From contig JALSKD010000177.1 in NCBI GenBank assembly GCA_026989015.1, forward strand, positions 401 through 64,400: DNA of 64,000 nucleotides, given 5' to 3'. This stretch comes from Gammaproteobacteria bacterium (GTDB lineage Bacteria; Pseudomonadota; Gammaproteobacteria; GCA-001735895). Each line of letters begins with the position of its first letter. Within the stretch, counting starts at the first letter, position 1. The notes beneath the pieces were generated by a model. That model was given only the letters and a program-made list of their open reading frames with translations, was not told the origin of the DNA and searched no databases. Below are positions 63,389 through 64,000 of the stretch, in pieces. A program made the position numbers and the translations under genes.

Positions 63389-63847
63389 TCAGCGATCGTC
63401 CTTTTCGACCCGGTACTTCACATCCTCGATCAGGTCACCATCGTGGCCCTGTTGCTCGCGGTGGTACTGCCCCTGGACGGTGAAGCGGCCCGAAGCCATC
63501 AGTCGCTCGCGAAACAGACCGATGAGCCAGCGGCGAAAGGCAGGCACCAGCAGCAGAAAGCCCAGGGCATCGGTCACGAAGCCCGGCGTCAGAAGAAAGG
63601 CGCCGGCTACCACCAGGCCGATGCCCTCGGCCATTTCCTCGGCCGGCAACTGGCCGCCCTGCATCCGCTGCTGGGCCCGCATCAGCGTGGACAGCCCTTG
63701 CAGGCGCAGCAGTTGCACGCCGATGACCGCGGTCAGCACAACGAACAGAACCGTCCACAGCGCACCGATCACCTGGCCGACCTGAATCAGCACATAGATC
63801 TCGACGACGGGAACGATCAGGAAAATCAGGGCCAGTACTGGAAACAT
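63389..63847 (-). CDS. fxsA: FxsA membrane protein
   Basis: VPVVEIYVLIQVG, LLTPGFVTDALG; upstream of groES. Confidence 0.93.
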   Translation of the reverse strand: MFPVLALIFLIVPVVEIYVLIQVGQVIGALWTVLFVVLTAVIGVQLLRLQGLSTLMRAQQRMQGGQLPAEEMAEGIGLVVAGAFLLTPGFVTDALGFLLLVPAFRRWLIGLFRERLMASGRFTVQGQYHREQQGHDGDLIEDVKYRVEKDDR

Positions 63848-63944
63848 GGGTACCTCGGGTCTAGAATGCGCGGCTCTGGCAGAGTCTCTATGGAACGACT
63901 ATCCTGACAGTTCGTTCACTTTGCAAGCCGATAACGATAATAAA

Positions 63945-64000
63945 ATGCCCCAGATCGACAGCCACGACGCCCCCGCCCGCCCCCTACTGATGCTCACCAC
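63945..64000 (+). CDS. Start of a probable CutA protein (truncated by the window end)
   Basis: MPQIDSHDAPARPLLMLT resembles the CutA first strand; cutA commonly lies near fxsA; only 18 codons visible. Confidence 0.4.
   Translation, partial: MPQIDSHDAPARPLLMLT

Overview
GC-rich chromosomal window from a gammaproteobacterium that is probably sulfur-oxidising (DsrL, FccAB-like pair, probable FKBP-rhodanese fusion). Most of it is core genome: the nadB<>rpoE-rseABC-degP-lepA-lepB-rnc-era-recO-pdxJ-acpS block, cysM-rlmD, glnK-amt, glnE-ilvE, a Fur-boxed Fe3+ ABC transporter, fxsA-groESL, and two tRNAs (Leu-CAA, Arg-CCT). It also holds an amino-acid uptake/catabolism region (putA, a liv/bra ABC operon, lysine dehydrogenase, P6C dehydrogenase, Lrp). 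I saw no integrase, transposase, phage gene or CRISPR array. Best leads: (1) an operon joining an orphan MlaC-like lipid shuttle to a MotA/ExbB-like protein and a partner with a MotB/ExbD-type Asp helix on a ~190-aa coiled-coil stalk; (2) a TonB-dependent receptor and a periplasmic binding protein placed in front of, and coupled to, the syntenic BarA/GacS kinase; (3) a stand-alone DsrL with a DsrL-1-like backbone but the YRR motif of NADP(H)-using DsrL-2, next to a Zn-lid adenylate kinase. All family assignments come from motif recognition by eye; no database search was run.
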